A DNA stretch of 64,000 bases from Octopus sinensis (GCF_006345805.1 NC_043007.1:46748001-46812000), one strand, 5' to 3'. Counted from the stretch's first letter, positions 40,464 to 55,794 are shown. Notes: generated from the letters alone by a model not told the origin. Numbers and translations are program-made.

Positions 40464-43394
40464 GTATGAGATAGAAGGGTGATTATTGAATATGTCTAAA
40501 TTACGCTCGTTCGGGGCAAATAATATTCTTATCATCTAGATAATCTTATAAGTCAAGTATTTCTGAAATTGACATGCGGAAAGAGAAGAGCTGAGTATTT
40601 TATTATACATATTCCAGGACATTAGAAATCATGATATTAGTGAATACTTATGTTATTTGTAAGGTATCAAAATAAAAAGCGTGTTAGCGAACAGACATTG
40701 AGATACGCGATAAACGTGTTTGAATATATCAGCACAAAATAAATTCATACGAAAGAGCAATGTCAGCATATATCACTTTTAACCCATAATACAATTCAGT
40801 GAACGTGGAAAAAGTAATCCGTATGAAAGTAGAGATAAACGAGGTAAGATGGATTTATTTGATCAACGGATGAAGGCAAAAGTTTCACAAGACTAAGGTA
40901 GACAGTGAGTTATTAGAAATCTCTAGTAAGAAATAGATTACCTGAATAATACATTGAATAATGAAATAAAGTATAGAATTACTTGTGGTGATCATGAGAT
41001 TAGTTTCTCGAAGCAATTACAAAGCAGGATAAGTATATCGTATAACATTATATAATCATGTATTTTACTGGTGTTTTTCACTAATGTAATGAAAGCGATG
41101 GTGTGATAAAAGAATGGTTTCAGAGAACTGATTGGAAAATGTGCAATATATTTTTATTTTCTTACATGTATAGAAAAAAACAGATTCTACTTCTGTTTGT
41201 GTGTTTGTGCGTGTGTGTGTGTCTGTGTGTGCATCTAGAGGTGTGTGTATGTGTGTGTATGCATATACACATAGGAATATGTGTATATAGATATATGTAT
41301 ATGCATATATATATTTATTTATTTATACATATATGTATACACACACGCACGCACACATATATATATATGTAATGTATATATATATGTATACACTGGTTTG
41401 AAAAAATCAGGGAAAGACCAATTCATATCAAACTATATATATATATATGTTAGCGATATGACAAATTCAGATCTGTTCTTGTTTGTATATATGTGTTCAT
41501 GTGTATTATGTATGCCAACTACTTCAAGATATAACCTTTTTTCCTTCAATGTTTCCTTCAGTGTTTTCTTTATATGTTTTAAAGAAGTAAAAATGCATGA
41601 CGTGAAGGTTACAATTTGTTGGGCTACAGATTTATATCAGTAAATCGCTGAATTGTTTCATGTTTCCCAGATTTGGAATCTGTAAAATACTGCTGGAATT
41701 TCAAAACGAAGATAAATTCAGCCCTGGAGTGTATAATTCCAGGTGGTAGGCAAACCTCACAGAGAGTGACCACAGAATAATGTAACGCACTGTACAAAAG
41801 CCATCTATTTACAGTAGCAAACGTAACAGTAGATATTAACCCAGCACATAGCGAATCCTGCAGCCACCGAAATCGTTTGCCGTGCATTCCACAAAGCTTA
41901 ATGCCATAAAAGAAAGCTATAATCACTAATACTCGACGGTATTGATAAGCAGGATATTGGTGTAAAGACTATCAGAAGTGGTAAAACGAAAGCGACACTT
42001 TCTTTGATTAATCATTATTCACCGTTTTCCCTAAATAGGGGCGAGTTTAAGTCTTGAGATATTCCTACTAAGTCTTTAACACTGACTGTTTGGCCCTTAC
42101 CTTGACATATGGCCACGGCTTTGAACTGATTAGAGCAGGCGTAAACGAAATTATTGTAGCCATTTATTAGTTCTATATATCAGAGTTAACGCCATGGATA
42201 ATCTGAATATTTCAGCGAATTCTATTCATCCTATGGTACAACTATAGTTCACTGAGTGTAGCGAAATTTGCCTCGATAGCAACGCGCCGACTTAGACGAC
42301 AGTTATTATCCAAAATTGATACAAATTACACGAAAGTAAAATAGACCATTTCATTGGCTATTTCTCCCTGCTATTTTCACTGAAAGAGCTAAAGCGGTTT
42401 TTGTTTGCAGAATGGCTCAAAATTTCCCTAACCACGGTTCAGAGCATGATCGGTGGTTAGGGAATAAACCATAGTTAAGAATATGCCAGGAAAAATCATG
42501 CTGAAAAGGAATTTTACAACACCAACGTAGGCAGCTCTGTTATACCCGAAACAATGTGTGAAAATGACTTGTAATCCTAATCTGTTAGTTATTTAAAAAT
42601 GAAAATTATATTTCAAATGGAAACATACATTTGTGCATATAGAAATTGTTTCAAGGAAGGTGTTTGGAGAGAAAGTGAAAGTGTAATCACTCCTGTTTCA
42701 CGTAACTCACTGTTATTCTATCAAATTATCTTTTCTGTTTTCACACATTCTCACTTTGTCTTTGAATCCAGTGCGTATATGATTGCGGAAGTAGGTATTG
42801 ACATGACATGTGTTCAAGTATGTATTTGAGATTTCATGTAGTACGTAATCCTGCACTACATCTTTATAGTTTTACATAAGTATATTTCCATACAACTGGG
42901 CTGAGGGAATCTGTATACATACTGGAAGGTCCAAACAGTCAGACATTTCTCAAATGTACGCGTTAACACACATAGATACGTGCAACGCGTGAACCTCGAT
43001 CTCATAAATCTCTTTCACTTTATATAGCTTTACAGCTAGACAGCAAAGAAATAAATGTGTGAGTAGATCTGCGTGCATAAGTGTGTGAATACGTGTATGT
43101 ATACGTGTATATATTAATTAAAGTTGTCTACAGTACCACTTTAACTTTAATTATAGTTGAATGTTCACACTTGTATTTCAATGGCATACAGTAATGCTCG
43201 TTAAATGTATAATGAATGTATTGCTGATTATTAGTATAGCCAGATGGCGCACGATATGAAGCTATGTTCTGTTTGAGGATGAGTCTGTTTGTAGAATACA
43301 GTCATAGACCAAGTCGCTGTTATAGTTTATTTCATAAACCATACTCTCTGATCATAGTTTGCATATAATGTTTTTTTAATATCTTTCATACAGG

Positions 43395-43600
43395 AAGGTG
43401 GCAAGCTGGCAAAATCGTTAGCTCGCCGGGCAAAATGTTTATTTCATTCGCCTTTAAGTACTGAGTTCAAATCACCCCCAGATCGACTTTAAGTTTCAAT
43501 ACCAATCTTTTACTTTAAATACTGGTTGAGTTGTGGAATCAAAATAATCGACTTACCCCATTATCCCTGAACCTGCTTGCCTTGCACCAAAATTTGAAAC
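43395..43600 (+). mobile_element. SINE
   Basis: AGGTGGCAAGCTGGCAAAATCGTTAGC...GAGTTCAAAT...GATCGACTTT. Further copies at ~39680-39790 (-), ~44400-44480 (+), ~46555-46830 (+) and ~48200-48400 (-). Confidence 0.75.
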
Positions 43601-43668
43601 CAATCTTTATCATACACGACCATTGAATATATGATAATTTTAGATGTGCAGATTTCAAGATTATTTAC

Positions 43669-43879
43669 ACCGGTTGTGCTTTAATATCGACACTCCAATA
43701 TGCACATAGTCTACGTACAATCCCTTCTCTCTCCATGCATATATCGACAGAGGAATTAAAACTTTCTTAGCATCTGATAGCAAATATGCATCCCTAGGTG
43801 TGTTTTGAACATACTGTTCAAGTTTAATGTACTCTTTTACGTCTCTCTTGAGTTGTAATCTCGGCGACAGCTGACTAAA
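43669..43879 (-). CDS. Candidate coding exon
   Basis: Acceptor tcactgcAG, 70 open codons FSQLSPRLQLKRDVKEYIKLEQYVQNTPRDAYLLSDAKKVLIPLSIYAWREKGLYVDYVHIGVSILKHNR, donor T|GTAAAT. Protein-like composition, family not recognised. Confidence 0.35.
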
Positions 43880-46800
43880 CTGCAGTGATATATGAATTTT
43901 TAATAACACAGTGAAATTATCTTACATTAATCCCTATATACAACTGCTTTACTAAAATATTTTATTTCAATCCTGTAGTTTTGCAATGTTTGTTTGGTAA
44001 TCTGTATGGTTTTGTCGGCTTTTTGAAGCGCACGTGATGTTTCTGACATTCCTTGCGCTGATTTAACTATTCTTGGAGTCCTTTGCTTTCTTTACAGAGT
44101 AGTATAATTGTACTTATGATCGGGTAGAATATTTGTGTCTTATTAGCTATTGGAAGTATTTGAACACTCCCATTATTATTTTCTTTCTTATTACTGAAAG
44201 GCAGGTTAGAGTAGAACATGTTACGCTATCTCTCAAGGAAATTATTGTAATATATGAGAGATATATTACATTTGATTCTGTTTGATATGTTGAAAATTTT
44301 ATCTGCTTATATTGGGAACATATGCACAAGTAATTGTTAGTATCATACATTTTCCTCAATCTCCACGTCTGTTGCCCGGTACATATAATACAAATCACTA
44401 TATTACAACTTTCCCGAGTTCAAATGACACTGGCGTTAACTTTGCCTTTCATCCTCAGACACTGATAAAGTGTATTATGGAAATACAAAGGGACAATTTT
44501 TCACTAACTGTTCACATTTTCATATAAAATGTGGCCTTGTGCTTATGTAAGAAATTATTGTTATTGCAGAAACTTTCGTATGTATATCACGTGAAAGAAA
44601 GAGAAAAACGAACAATAAACATTTTTCTAATAGCCAAAACTTTAAAGGCGTAATCGCATATTCATTAAATTGAATATTTTTCTATCTTCAGTTTTAAACA
44701 TGCCTGCCATATTTTTATTTATGAGCTTATTATGTGTGTATTTCTACGTGCGCATATACCGGTATATATGTATACATGGATTCATATATAAGGGTGTTGT
44801 GAGTGTGTATAGATGTGTATGTGCGAAGAGGAGGGCTGCTTTTACACGTGTTTTAAGTTTCGAATTCGTTGCATGTTCATGAATAATATTTACTTTCATA
44901 TTTCAGTTTTCAACTGCAATGTTCGTAGCATATATATTGTATCTGATTGCATCATAAGAAACATTTCACTTTCATAAATAAGAACTATATTTTAATGATA
45001 TATGATTTTATTCATTCTCTGGAACGCTGACTACTCTTAAATTTAGTCCAGAAATAACAATAAAACGTATTCTCCTTTAATCTTGATTCCCAGATATATA
45101 CTTTAGAAATCAATTAGAATGTTCGAGTATTTACATGCCAGTCTTCTAAAGAATTCTGAGGGAAGCACTCTACATCACCCAAAAAAGTTAAAAACATGTT
45201 TATATATGATCTTTTAGGTTTTCACATTTATGAGTTCGAATTATGCTCCAGTCTCACTTATGATATTCCGATGTCTGATAGGATAAATGTCAGTGATAAA
45301 TATGATATTCTTGTTTTACATGAGCTAAAACTTTAGGTTAAATTATGATTTTGACATAACTTCTAAAGGTAAATTCACTGCTGTTGCCGTGGAGAAAACT
45401 TTCTCTCTTATGTTAAGAGGTATAAAAATACTTTATCTGTCATTAGCTGCCGTCTATCAGATTTTCAGATGCTACGTTCCTGGCTCTTTAGTCTACATCA
45501 ATGGGAAATATGGATGGAAGGTAATTCTGAGCAGATGTAAAGCCGTAGCTTTAACTAAAAGTAGCCAAAAATATTGACGTAGTTGCGCTGTTGGTCTGCT
45601 CGATCGAGAGAAATTCAGTATGGTATATAAATCTGTACGTATATCTATATAGTATCCCGATAAAATTAGTCCCTATGTGTAAGCGAACAGATCTTTCCCG
45701 GTGGTTTCGAAAGCAGGAGTAACACTAGTGTGGCCCTCCTATGTTTATTTGGTTTCATTATATAAAATCTCCCTCCAATTTTCTCTCACACACGTGCTTG
45801 TGTGTCTGTTTACGAGGTATCAATGTGTGTTTATATGTGCATGCGAATTTACATTGAGTGTTGTATTCAGTTTTTGGCGTTGCATTGTAATTATATTATA
45901 TACAAATAATGTGAAGACGTCTTAAATAGGACATAGATGTGAAAAAATAAACGTAATATCAAAAGCTAAGTAGCAACACACGTGCACTTAGATTAAAACT
46001 AGAATAGAAAATTTAATGGTGGCATCTACCCTCCGTTTTTGCGATGTTACTGAGTTTTGCCATTTTTGTACTATATTAGTTCATCTAATTTTCTTATCCT
46101 TTGGTGCAATGCCAGTTATATCTGATGATCGCAGATGCGGCAAAATCACGTGAAACTGTAATGTCGTCCACTGGTGCAGACGATCACTACAACAATCTAT
46201 GTTATCGGTACGTAATTAGCACGTACCCTCAGCATGAGATGGTATCTCTGGACGTATGCAGAAGTTTAAGTCGCTCTAAACAACACATCCAATTTAGGAT
46301 GGGTGTGGTAATTATTTTTCTTTGCAAAAACTTTTCTTGTCGCTAATTGCTGTATTCCAAAACGTTGGTTGCGAATTCCAGTTGTGGTAAGAAATTATTC
46401 CTGACTTGTTAGCACACAATATGCTTCACGAGACCTGGACAAATATTAATGAAACATTCTCCATCTGAATAGGAATGTTATTTATCATTGACGAATATGT
46501 CCACCCAGCACAACTATAATTTACTTCTTATTGATATTTTAATTCTCTGTTTCAAGCGGTGAGCTGACAGAATCGTTAGCACGTAAGGCGTAGTGCTTAT
46601 TGGCATTTCATCCATATTTACGAGCTTGGTTCAAATGCTGCCTAGTCGATATTTCCTTTCACCCCTTTCGAAGATCGTTAATTTACCAATTGAGCATCGG
46701 TGTCGATAACAACCAGTTGAGCATCAGCGTCGATAATAGTTGAGCATCGGGCTCGATAACAACTAGCTGAGCATTGAGGTCAATTTAATCGTTTTAGCCC

Positions 46801-49276
46801 TTCTCCACAAATTGCTGGCCTTGTTCTAAAATTTGAAACTAATATGTTTATTCTCCTTATTAAATATTACAACAAACTTATTACACTTTAGATTTTAAAT
46901 TTCGACCGCTAATCGTTATTTTCAGCGAAAGGTACGATAAATATTGACTCGTTAAAGAAAATATCATATCGACCAGCATAATAAAGTAAGTATCTGTAAC
47001 ACATACGTATATATATATTATACTGAAACACACACATAACTTCACCACGATAAGGCACGGAGTTGGTACGGCGATGGATTGTAAGTCTTATAATATTTAA
47101 TTCCATCTGTTTATAATTGCAGTTCAGATATTAATATACCGCCAATAATTTACGTGTTGTTCTAGATTATTTGAACTGCCTCTGTTCAACAAATTCTGAA
47201 ATAATTTTTGCTATAAATCCACTAAAAAATTATATGATTTCGAAAAATTAGGAAATTTAATTTTAAAACTATGATGTTAATATTCATACATTGCATAATC
47301 ATTGCAAATTTATAGAAGGAATAAGCAGAAATATAAACGAAATATTTAATTGTTTCTAACTTTATAACCAAGATTTCTCCTTAAGTTAACAAACTTTCAA
47401 GCGTATCAATTATTGATCTCTTTGATATATCAACAATTGATTCGTTTTCAGTAATTTTTTTATCTGCTTCAATACAGTCAGAGTTATTGTTTCCTAAATT
47501 ATATTACTATTTTATCACAAGTAATAACTTTCATTCTCAAATAATGAAAAATGGGATTTCACATCTTATATACAACCGAAGCGAAATGCTTTTTTTAAAT
47601 AATTCTCACTATTACATCATCTAATTGTTGAAACAAATCAGTCGCTATATGTAATTAAATGGAACTCTTTTAAGGAGATGAAACTAAAACATCAATAGCT
47701 GATCAGGATTTATCTTGTTTTAATACATAGGGTTAATGAAAACATGAACAGACATTAAATTTTAGGAGGTAATAGAAACTTATATATCGCGCTGAATCAT
47801 GAATAATCAGCGTCAAACGTAATCTCTGTCCAGCAGTACAGATAGATATACTTCTCCACACAAGAGCAACCTTAGTTCGAGACAACATTTGCAAACGTTT
47901 TGTATGTACAGGCCTAAATGATTCTAAAAGTTAAAATATTAAATATGCAGTTGTTTTTACTCACACAAATTTATCTCTGGATTATATTATAAGTTAACGT
48001 TAGAATTGATAGAAAAATGGCAATACAAAATATGGAGCATAGAATTATGTGGTAATTTATCTGATTTTGATGACGGAACTCAAGTTTGGCCATAGTGATA
48101 TTTGAATTAAAATTATAAATACGTATTACTAAATGCAAAAAGACTTTTAAATCCTTCGCCTTACCAACTCCGTCTTCCTTTTGAATTATTTCTACTCTAG
48201 GCACAAGGCCTTCAAAATTTATGGGGGAAGGGGGCTATTCGAATACATCGATCCCAGTGCGTAACTAATATTTATTTTATCGACCCCGAAAGGATGAAAG
48301 GCAAAGTCGACCTCGGCGGAATTTAAACTCAGAACGTAGCGGCAGACGAAATACAGTTAAGTCTTTAACCCGGTTTGCTAATGGTTCTGCCAGCTCACTG
48401 CCCTTCTACCGCTTCAGAATTGATACTTATAAGTGTGGCCTTAGTATTTAAGTTACATACGAGACTTCTGCTCTGAGAAAGGATTCACTTGATTACTTCG
48501 AATCCAGAACAACCAAATTGGCATTTATTTCACCGAGTAGAGATTGTGAAAGACAAAGAATTCGTAGGTAAGATTGATCTCAAGAGTAAAGGATCGCACT
48601 TCAATGTTGACGATAATAAATGCGTTTAGAATATATGCAAGATGGGAAATTTAGGAAATCGTTTTAGTCGACAACATCAGTCGTAGTTCTTAATTGTTAT
48701 TTTAAATTGATACTTATAAGTATCCTTGGACAGCCAAAGATTAAAAAGATAAAAGGTAAAGTTGAATTAGACGTTACCCAAAATCGAATCCGAAGATTTA
48801 TAAGAAAAAAAATTTTCCTCTGTTCCAGAGTTTCTGCCTCTCCACTTCCCTTCAAAATTAAGGGTACTAAGTTCTGATATTGACACACGCGAGGTGTATC
48901 CAGTTGTTTAAAAAAGTAACTACATCCTATGCAATGAAGTCCTAAATATTGATCATTTAGATCTAAATTACACGTAATTTAAACCAATTGTACGGCAGCC
49001 CTGAGAACTAACTGGAAATGCAAATTGTTACTGGAAATGAATTTTATTATATATTCAATTTTGAAATATTGTGTTAAATGATATTGTAAATAGGGAATTA
49101 TATATGTATATTACTATTGGGATAAAATAATATTATAGCAAGTTTTTAATGTCTTGTTCTAATTAAATACCATCTCTTGTGGTCCAAGCATGTAATTAAA
49201 ATATTACTAGCGTGTTAAAATATTACCTAGTAAATATGTATATATATATATATATATACAGACACACACATCATAT

Positions 49277-49314
<38 letters not shown>

Positions 49315-49848
49315 CGTTTCAATTTCCGTTGAATCTATAACGTGATAACACAAAATTTTCAACTATGAGTGCATAAAGGGCTCAAAAGTTCATTTTTTTC
49401 TCGTTTGTTATTCTAATTTCATAGCATTGCTTTAAACTGGACTGGCACTTTTTTCTGAACTCCGTGTTTATTGAGTTTCGAAACCAGGTTATTAGTATCG
49501 CTATGCTTCCGTGAAATAAAATAGATTCCGTATTGAATTCAAATCCAGGACTGGCCGTTACTAAATTTCGTATACGAATACGTAAACGTAAACAAGGCGG
49601 TCGAAGAAGAAAATCAAGGAATGCATGTATATGAATATTTCAGAATTTCTTCAGCACCACATTTAATCATTCAACTATCCAATTACGCTTTACCTGAATA
49701 CCCATTAAGATTAGCAGTGTAATATTATTGGGTAGACCAATTTAAAAATTAAAATCATTCATGGTCGCTGGTACGTACATACCAATTACTAGCAATGACA
49801 CCATATTTTGCATTGCTACCATAATATATTACAAAATATGGAGATAGG

Positions 49849-49909
<61 letters not shown>

Positions 49910-51185
49910 GGTTGGATGGATGGATGGATGGATGGATGGATGGATGGACAGATGGGAAGAGAGGGAGATGGAGAGCGGGAAAAAAGAGAAATTGCATTTA
50001 AGTGTAAAAATATATATATTTATCTTTAAAGATACGGGACTAATCGTTAACATATCATTGTTTATGATACATATGTTTATATACAGACATTAGAGAACAA
50101 TAAATGTAAGCTTAAAATATATGAGGACTAACATTCGTGAAAAATATTTATATTATTTTGAAGAAGCAATGGAATTGTACCATACAGATTATGAAACTAT
50201 ATCTTCGGCTCTTTTTAATATTAGGAAGTAAATATACGATTAAACATTTTTATATGAGTGTGTGTTTGTGTGAGGTGCGCGTGAAATATTGCCGGATCGC
50301 TCATTGGAACTATTTCATATTTCAAGTAAACGTACGTCAAATCGCAGTCTTCAATTTGGGAAATACGAAAGTCGCTTTTGATGTACTTCTTAACAGATAA
50401 CACAAAACGATTCTTACAATCTTAAAAGAAGAAAAGTTGGATCTATTTAGGATTACATATACAAGAATGAGTCGTTAAGTCTCAGGGTTAAAATGAAATT
50501 CATCACGTGTCTCCATGATTAGACGACATCGAGAGTCAAACAGTGATAATATACAGATCCTCTATGCGGTAACTAAAGACACGGCTAAGCAATCATTTGA
50601 CCCGTATCCACATACCTCCGAATTTACACAGTCTACAGTCTTAAGCATAGAAAAGAACATTCGCAATATATTCATTGACATGGGAGAAAATAGGATTTCT
50701 CCAGTTTGAAGGGCAATATTTTATTAAAACTAAGCAACTAAAGGATTTTTTCCTCGCATAACAACACTTTCACAAAGGAAAAATACAAGTTAAAAAGCAC
50801 AAGTAGTTTTAGATGTATTTTCTCTGAACACATGCTCATGTTTCTACCGCTCACATAAACTACATCGTCTGACGTTGTTACCGATAGATAGCAAATAAAT
50901 ATTTCTAACAGAGACCTGATAATTTTAAAGAGAGTCAGTTAAAGACATTGGCAGAGAAACACTGAAGAAGACACGAAATATCGAGATTTATGTTACAATG
51001 TCTTTTACACCTAGGAATCAAAAGTACTTTTATAAATATTGATGATATTAGAAGATAATTTAAAACAACAATTTACGAGAATGAGAATCGACGCTAATAA
51101 ATTATAAAGTAATATTTCTTATAAAAACGTATGAAAAATATGATGGTTAAATGGGGAAAGAGACTAGAAAAAGACAAACAATTTA

Positions 51186-51234
<49 letters not shown>

Positions 51235-51236
51235 GC

Positions 51237-51425
51237 ACAAATTAAGAGGAATGACCACCAAAGTGGATTCCTAATATGCTAAAGATAGACGTCAAATCAC
51301 CTTACCATGAAGAATGGTAAATTTACTGAAATTTTCTGGACAATACACTCTTCCTGGTAAGGCGATACGATGTCTATCTTTAGCATATGAGGAATCCAGT
51401 TTGGCGGTCATTCCTCTTAATTTGT
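51237..51425. mobile_element. Small fold-back element (~76-bp arms, 36-nt loop) between TA-rich microsatellites
   Basis: ACAAATTAAGAGGAATGACCACCAAAGTGGATTCCTAATATGCTAAAGATAGAC... is repeated inverted at 51349-51425 (about 85-90% identical). Terminus resembles the GAGAG..ACCACT..G.GG...TGCTAAAA.TAG end of the 5155 element. Confidence 0.8.
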
Positions 51426-51480
51426 ATATAATTGTTAATCTTCGGATTTTTTTAAATATGCTAAACGACTGGTCATTAAT

Positions 51481-51514
<34 letters not shown>

Positions 51515-53337
51515 CTTCTGGTGGTAAACATAATCAAAGAGATTACTTTAATGAAATTTAATTAAAAGGTCTTTGTTTATGTTTTTTTTTTTTTACACAA
51601 TATCAAGTAAAATTCCTAAAGTTCTTTTTGTCATTGTTACCCACGTTTGTACCACGTAGTATTTCGTCCGTCTCTCTAATTATAACACATATTCACGACT
51701 GAAAGGAAAGAACTGTAAAGAATATGATTTGCTTCGGATTGTGCAAGGTGCAACAACTTATCAATGTTACAAAGGTATGGTTCTTTACAGGAAAGTTAAC
51801 GTGCTTTGGAAACAGAAAGAAAAATATCGAAGACCTGAGAGAAGGAAAGAAGATTGCAGAAAACAAACTCTTTGAGTTTATTGAAGAAAATGCAAGAAGA
51901 AAAAGCCATGATAAACTGTTGGCAACGGTCCAATAACATGGTGAATTATGATTGGGGTACAGGGTAACTTTCAGATCTTTAAAGATGAAGCTATGAAGAG
52001 TTGGGGAAGGAGGTCGAAAGATAGGGTGAGGTAGTGGTATAGGAATGTGTCCTAGGTAGGAGGAAAGTGCGAATATATATATATATATATATGGAAGAGG
52101 CGGTAAAAGTAGAAGAGATATGTTGTTAGCTGGGTTAAGCTGTAATTTAAGGTTGAATCGCAATTAGGAGATTAACATAGTTTATTCGTCATGGGCACTC
52201 GATTGATAAAATTTAAGGATTACATTTGAAAGGATTAAATTTGAGAATCTATTGACTAATGAGGGGTTGTGATGGTAGAGGATGGCGAGCAATTAACAAA
52301 CTACGTGATTGGTTTTGTACGGAGCAGACTTTCAGATAATGGACTGGGATAGAATAAAGGGAATATTTTTAAACCTAAGGTTGTATCGACTTTCTTCAAT
52401 CAGAACCACTTGGAACTACCTACCACTTGTTATTGCTACAAATTATCCCTCCCTTTCTCCCCCTCTGTCCACCTCTCTACATTCATTCTACTACCTTTCT
52501 ATTTCAGTATTCTTTCTCTGCCGCCAACCCACCTACATTTTTTTGCATCGCCCTCCTACCGATATCTATAACTAGACACCTTCCCTTTGCCTCAATACTT
52601 TATCTTCCATTCTCTCATCGTACCAAGTTCCTTTCTTCAATTTTTTTAGCCTCAACTGTCCTGATTAATAACATCTGTTGACGCCATTCGTCACAATACT
52701 ACACATACCATCCCTTCCCACTCATCTTTAGACTCTCTACTTCAGCGTATACTCTCAAAATTCTCAAAGGTCTCCAAAATTATGATCTGAACTGCTAGAT
52801 CTCAATCTCTCCACACTGACGACGAAGACTGGCTTTACAGTTATGCTCGTATGCATCCACTTCTGGTTGCATACTCCATCTGCCAACATTACAACTGTTA
52901 TGTACTTCCGAGGCCCAGAAATATCTCTTAGTTTTCTGTACTTTTTGCTCACCATGCAAGTTAGTCCTGTAAAATATATGCTTCTACACGAATGTTCGTC
53001 TTCTGAATATTTTCACCTTACGTTACTCTCCCTATGTGTAAATTCCTTTATGTGTATATATATATATGTACGTATTTATGTATGTATGTATGGATGGATG
53101 GATGAATGGATGGATGGATGGATGTAAGGTTATTTTATATATCACGCCGAAATACGCTAATTTTCATCATTATATCCATATCAGATCACCTGGATTCCTC
53201 TTAAAGCCAATAAAGACTTCGGAGTAAAAAGTCAAATGATATGAGCACTATTAAGTCTTTTATATTTGAGCATCTGTGGACCTCACCTGTTAACTATGTC
53301 TTTCTTTCTCCATCTTTCTCTCTCTCACTGTTTCTCA

Positions 53338-53433
<96 letters not shown>

Positions 53434-53547
53434 GCATACATATATATATATATATATACATACATGCATACATTCATACATACATACATACATAATACTT
53501 AGATATATATGCAAATATATATGTGTGTGAGAGAAAGAGAGAGATAG

Positions 53548-53617
<70 letters not shown>

Positions 53618-54063
53618 TACGATTACAATTGTAGAAAAACATGATAAAGCGGAGACCAAACTAATATGTCGTGTTCCCCAGGACTAAAGTTGCCGGAAAT
53701 AGCTAGTGATTGTTTTTTTTCTTTCAATTCTTCGCCTTAAATAAATTTTCGGCCATTTGGTGAATAAGATCGGTGAATGCTTTTCTGTCATTGATTTTTA
53801 TATGTCTGTCTTCTACATGTACGTGTCATTTTCGTATTTCTTGTTGTTTAGGGACGGCGATAAATATACACAAGATGTTCATACATAAATAGAAATAAAT
53901 AGACAAGATTCAGAGTCGTAGGACCTAGATCTATTTTGGGCAAGTAACAGACTACATAAGTAGAAATATTTCATTGCTACAAGCTACAAATATTTATAAC
54001 ATACCAACACAGTCAATTCCAAACAGGCGCCCAGACGTATCCCCATGCAAACGTACAAACACC

Positions 54064-54148
<85 letters not shown>

Positions 54149-54398
54149 ATTGATTTATTTATATGCGGTTAAAATGGCAACGGGAAACTCGTCTGGTGTA
54201 AAGAGAGTTTAGAGTAGGATATTTGCATGTGTGTAGGTTCTTCTAAACATTTTGGTGCGTGTGTGTGTATGTAATTCTCTGTGTGTATGTGTGTTTCTAT
54301 GTGTATGCGTGTGCATGCGTTTATAAGTGGATGCCTGGACTTTGTATTTAGGCAGATATAGTATACCAATGTATTCATCTCCACCTAATTGATGCACA

Positions 54399-54455
<57 letters not shown>

Positions 54456-54559
54456 TGTGGATACGGAACCCTCTTCAAAGGTATTTTATATATCGATGGA
54501 AAGTTCTAGAGTCCAGTATAACTTAAGAGTAATGGTGTTTATTGTTTAAAATAGGGGCC

Positions 54560-55340
54560 AGTTAAGAATATTACGGAGGCTAATAATTATTATACTTATA
54601 TATATATATATATATATATGGGTATATTTCAATTTAATATATTACAAGGAGAAAATAGAGATTTTTAACCAATAAAATTTAATTTATTTATATATTGTCA
54701 AAATTCTCTCTTACCTACAATCGTTTCAATATTCAACTGATTCAGTCACAAGTTAATGAATTAAAAATTAAAAATTGCATCTTAAAATAGCGAGTTAAAT
54801 ATTTCCTTAGGTGAGAATTAGACACAAATATAATCACATCCAAATTGATCGGATGTTCATCAACAGACTCAAGATGACAATAATGTGCGTGCGTGTGCAT
54901 GCTTATGTTTAAAAAAAGTTATATATCTATGTCTTTTATTTCTCTTTTGTAGGGACTGAATTATTATTACATTGGTTCAACGGCAAATTTTACTAAGGAA
55001 AGTATCTTCAACCATGAAAACACATTTAGAAAGAGAAATAAATCAACCAGCACCAGTCTAAGCAAATTTATTTGGGAATTAAATGATAAAATAAGGATTT
55101 TAACCTTAAGTGATAAATCCTATAAAGATTCTATAAAATAGCCAATACCGGTTGTGATAATTTTATGAACGAAATCTTCCAAATTTTAAAATCTAAACAT
55201 AAACATTTTAACTGTAAGCGTGAAAAATTTTTAGCACGTACGCACTCATATAAATTTGTATTTAAAAATACAAATAAAACTAAAATAAAATATAAAATAG
55301 GATGAAATAGAAACTGGATAATATCATGGATATAAATAAG
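54560..55340 (+). mobile_element. Penelope-like GIY-YIG remnant
   Basis: YIGSTANF.KE.IFNHENTFRKRNKSTSTSLSKFIWEL at ~54965-55085, homologous to the 34.8 kb endonuclease. Confidence 0.7.
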
Positions 55341-55419
55341 TATATAAAGTACAATTACAATAAAATTATATTAAGATATGATGAATAAAAAAATAGAATA
55401 ATTAATTATTAGATACAAT

Positions 55420-55422
55420 TGC

Positions 55423-55462
<40 letters not shown>

Positions 55463-55647
55463 TAATAATAATAATAATAATAATGATAATAATAATAATA
55501 TGATAATAATAATAATAATAATATAATGATAATAATAATAATAATGATAATAATAATAATAATAATGATGATAATAATAATAATAACAACAACGACAACA
55601 ATAATATAATAATAATAATAATAATAATGATGATAATAATAATAATG

Positions 55648-55702
<55 letters not shown>

Positions 55703-55724
55703 TAATAATAATAATATAATAATA

Positions 55725-55794
<70 letters not shown>

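Noticed and set aside
41624-41926. 100-aa minus-strand ORF
   Set aside because: No recognisable domain or splice signals; length is within chance for 64 kb.
46115-46175. CTGATGA...GAAAC...GTC hammerhead-like string
   Set aside because: Neither stem I nor stem II can form; chance match.
46683-46785. Four ~25-27 bp repeats (GTTGAGCATCGG..TCGATAA) resembling a CRISPR array
   Set aside because: No unique spacers; this is a tandem expansion of the CCAGTT....TGGGGTCGAT segment inside a SINE, in eukaryotic DNA with no cas genes.
52764-52970. Minus-strand open frames after a good acceptor (tattttacAG)
   Set aside because: Two frames are similarly open, both end in stops, and a competing donor would leave only 14 nt; cannot support a product.
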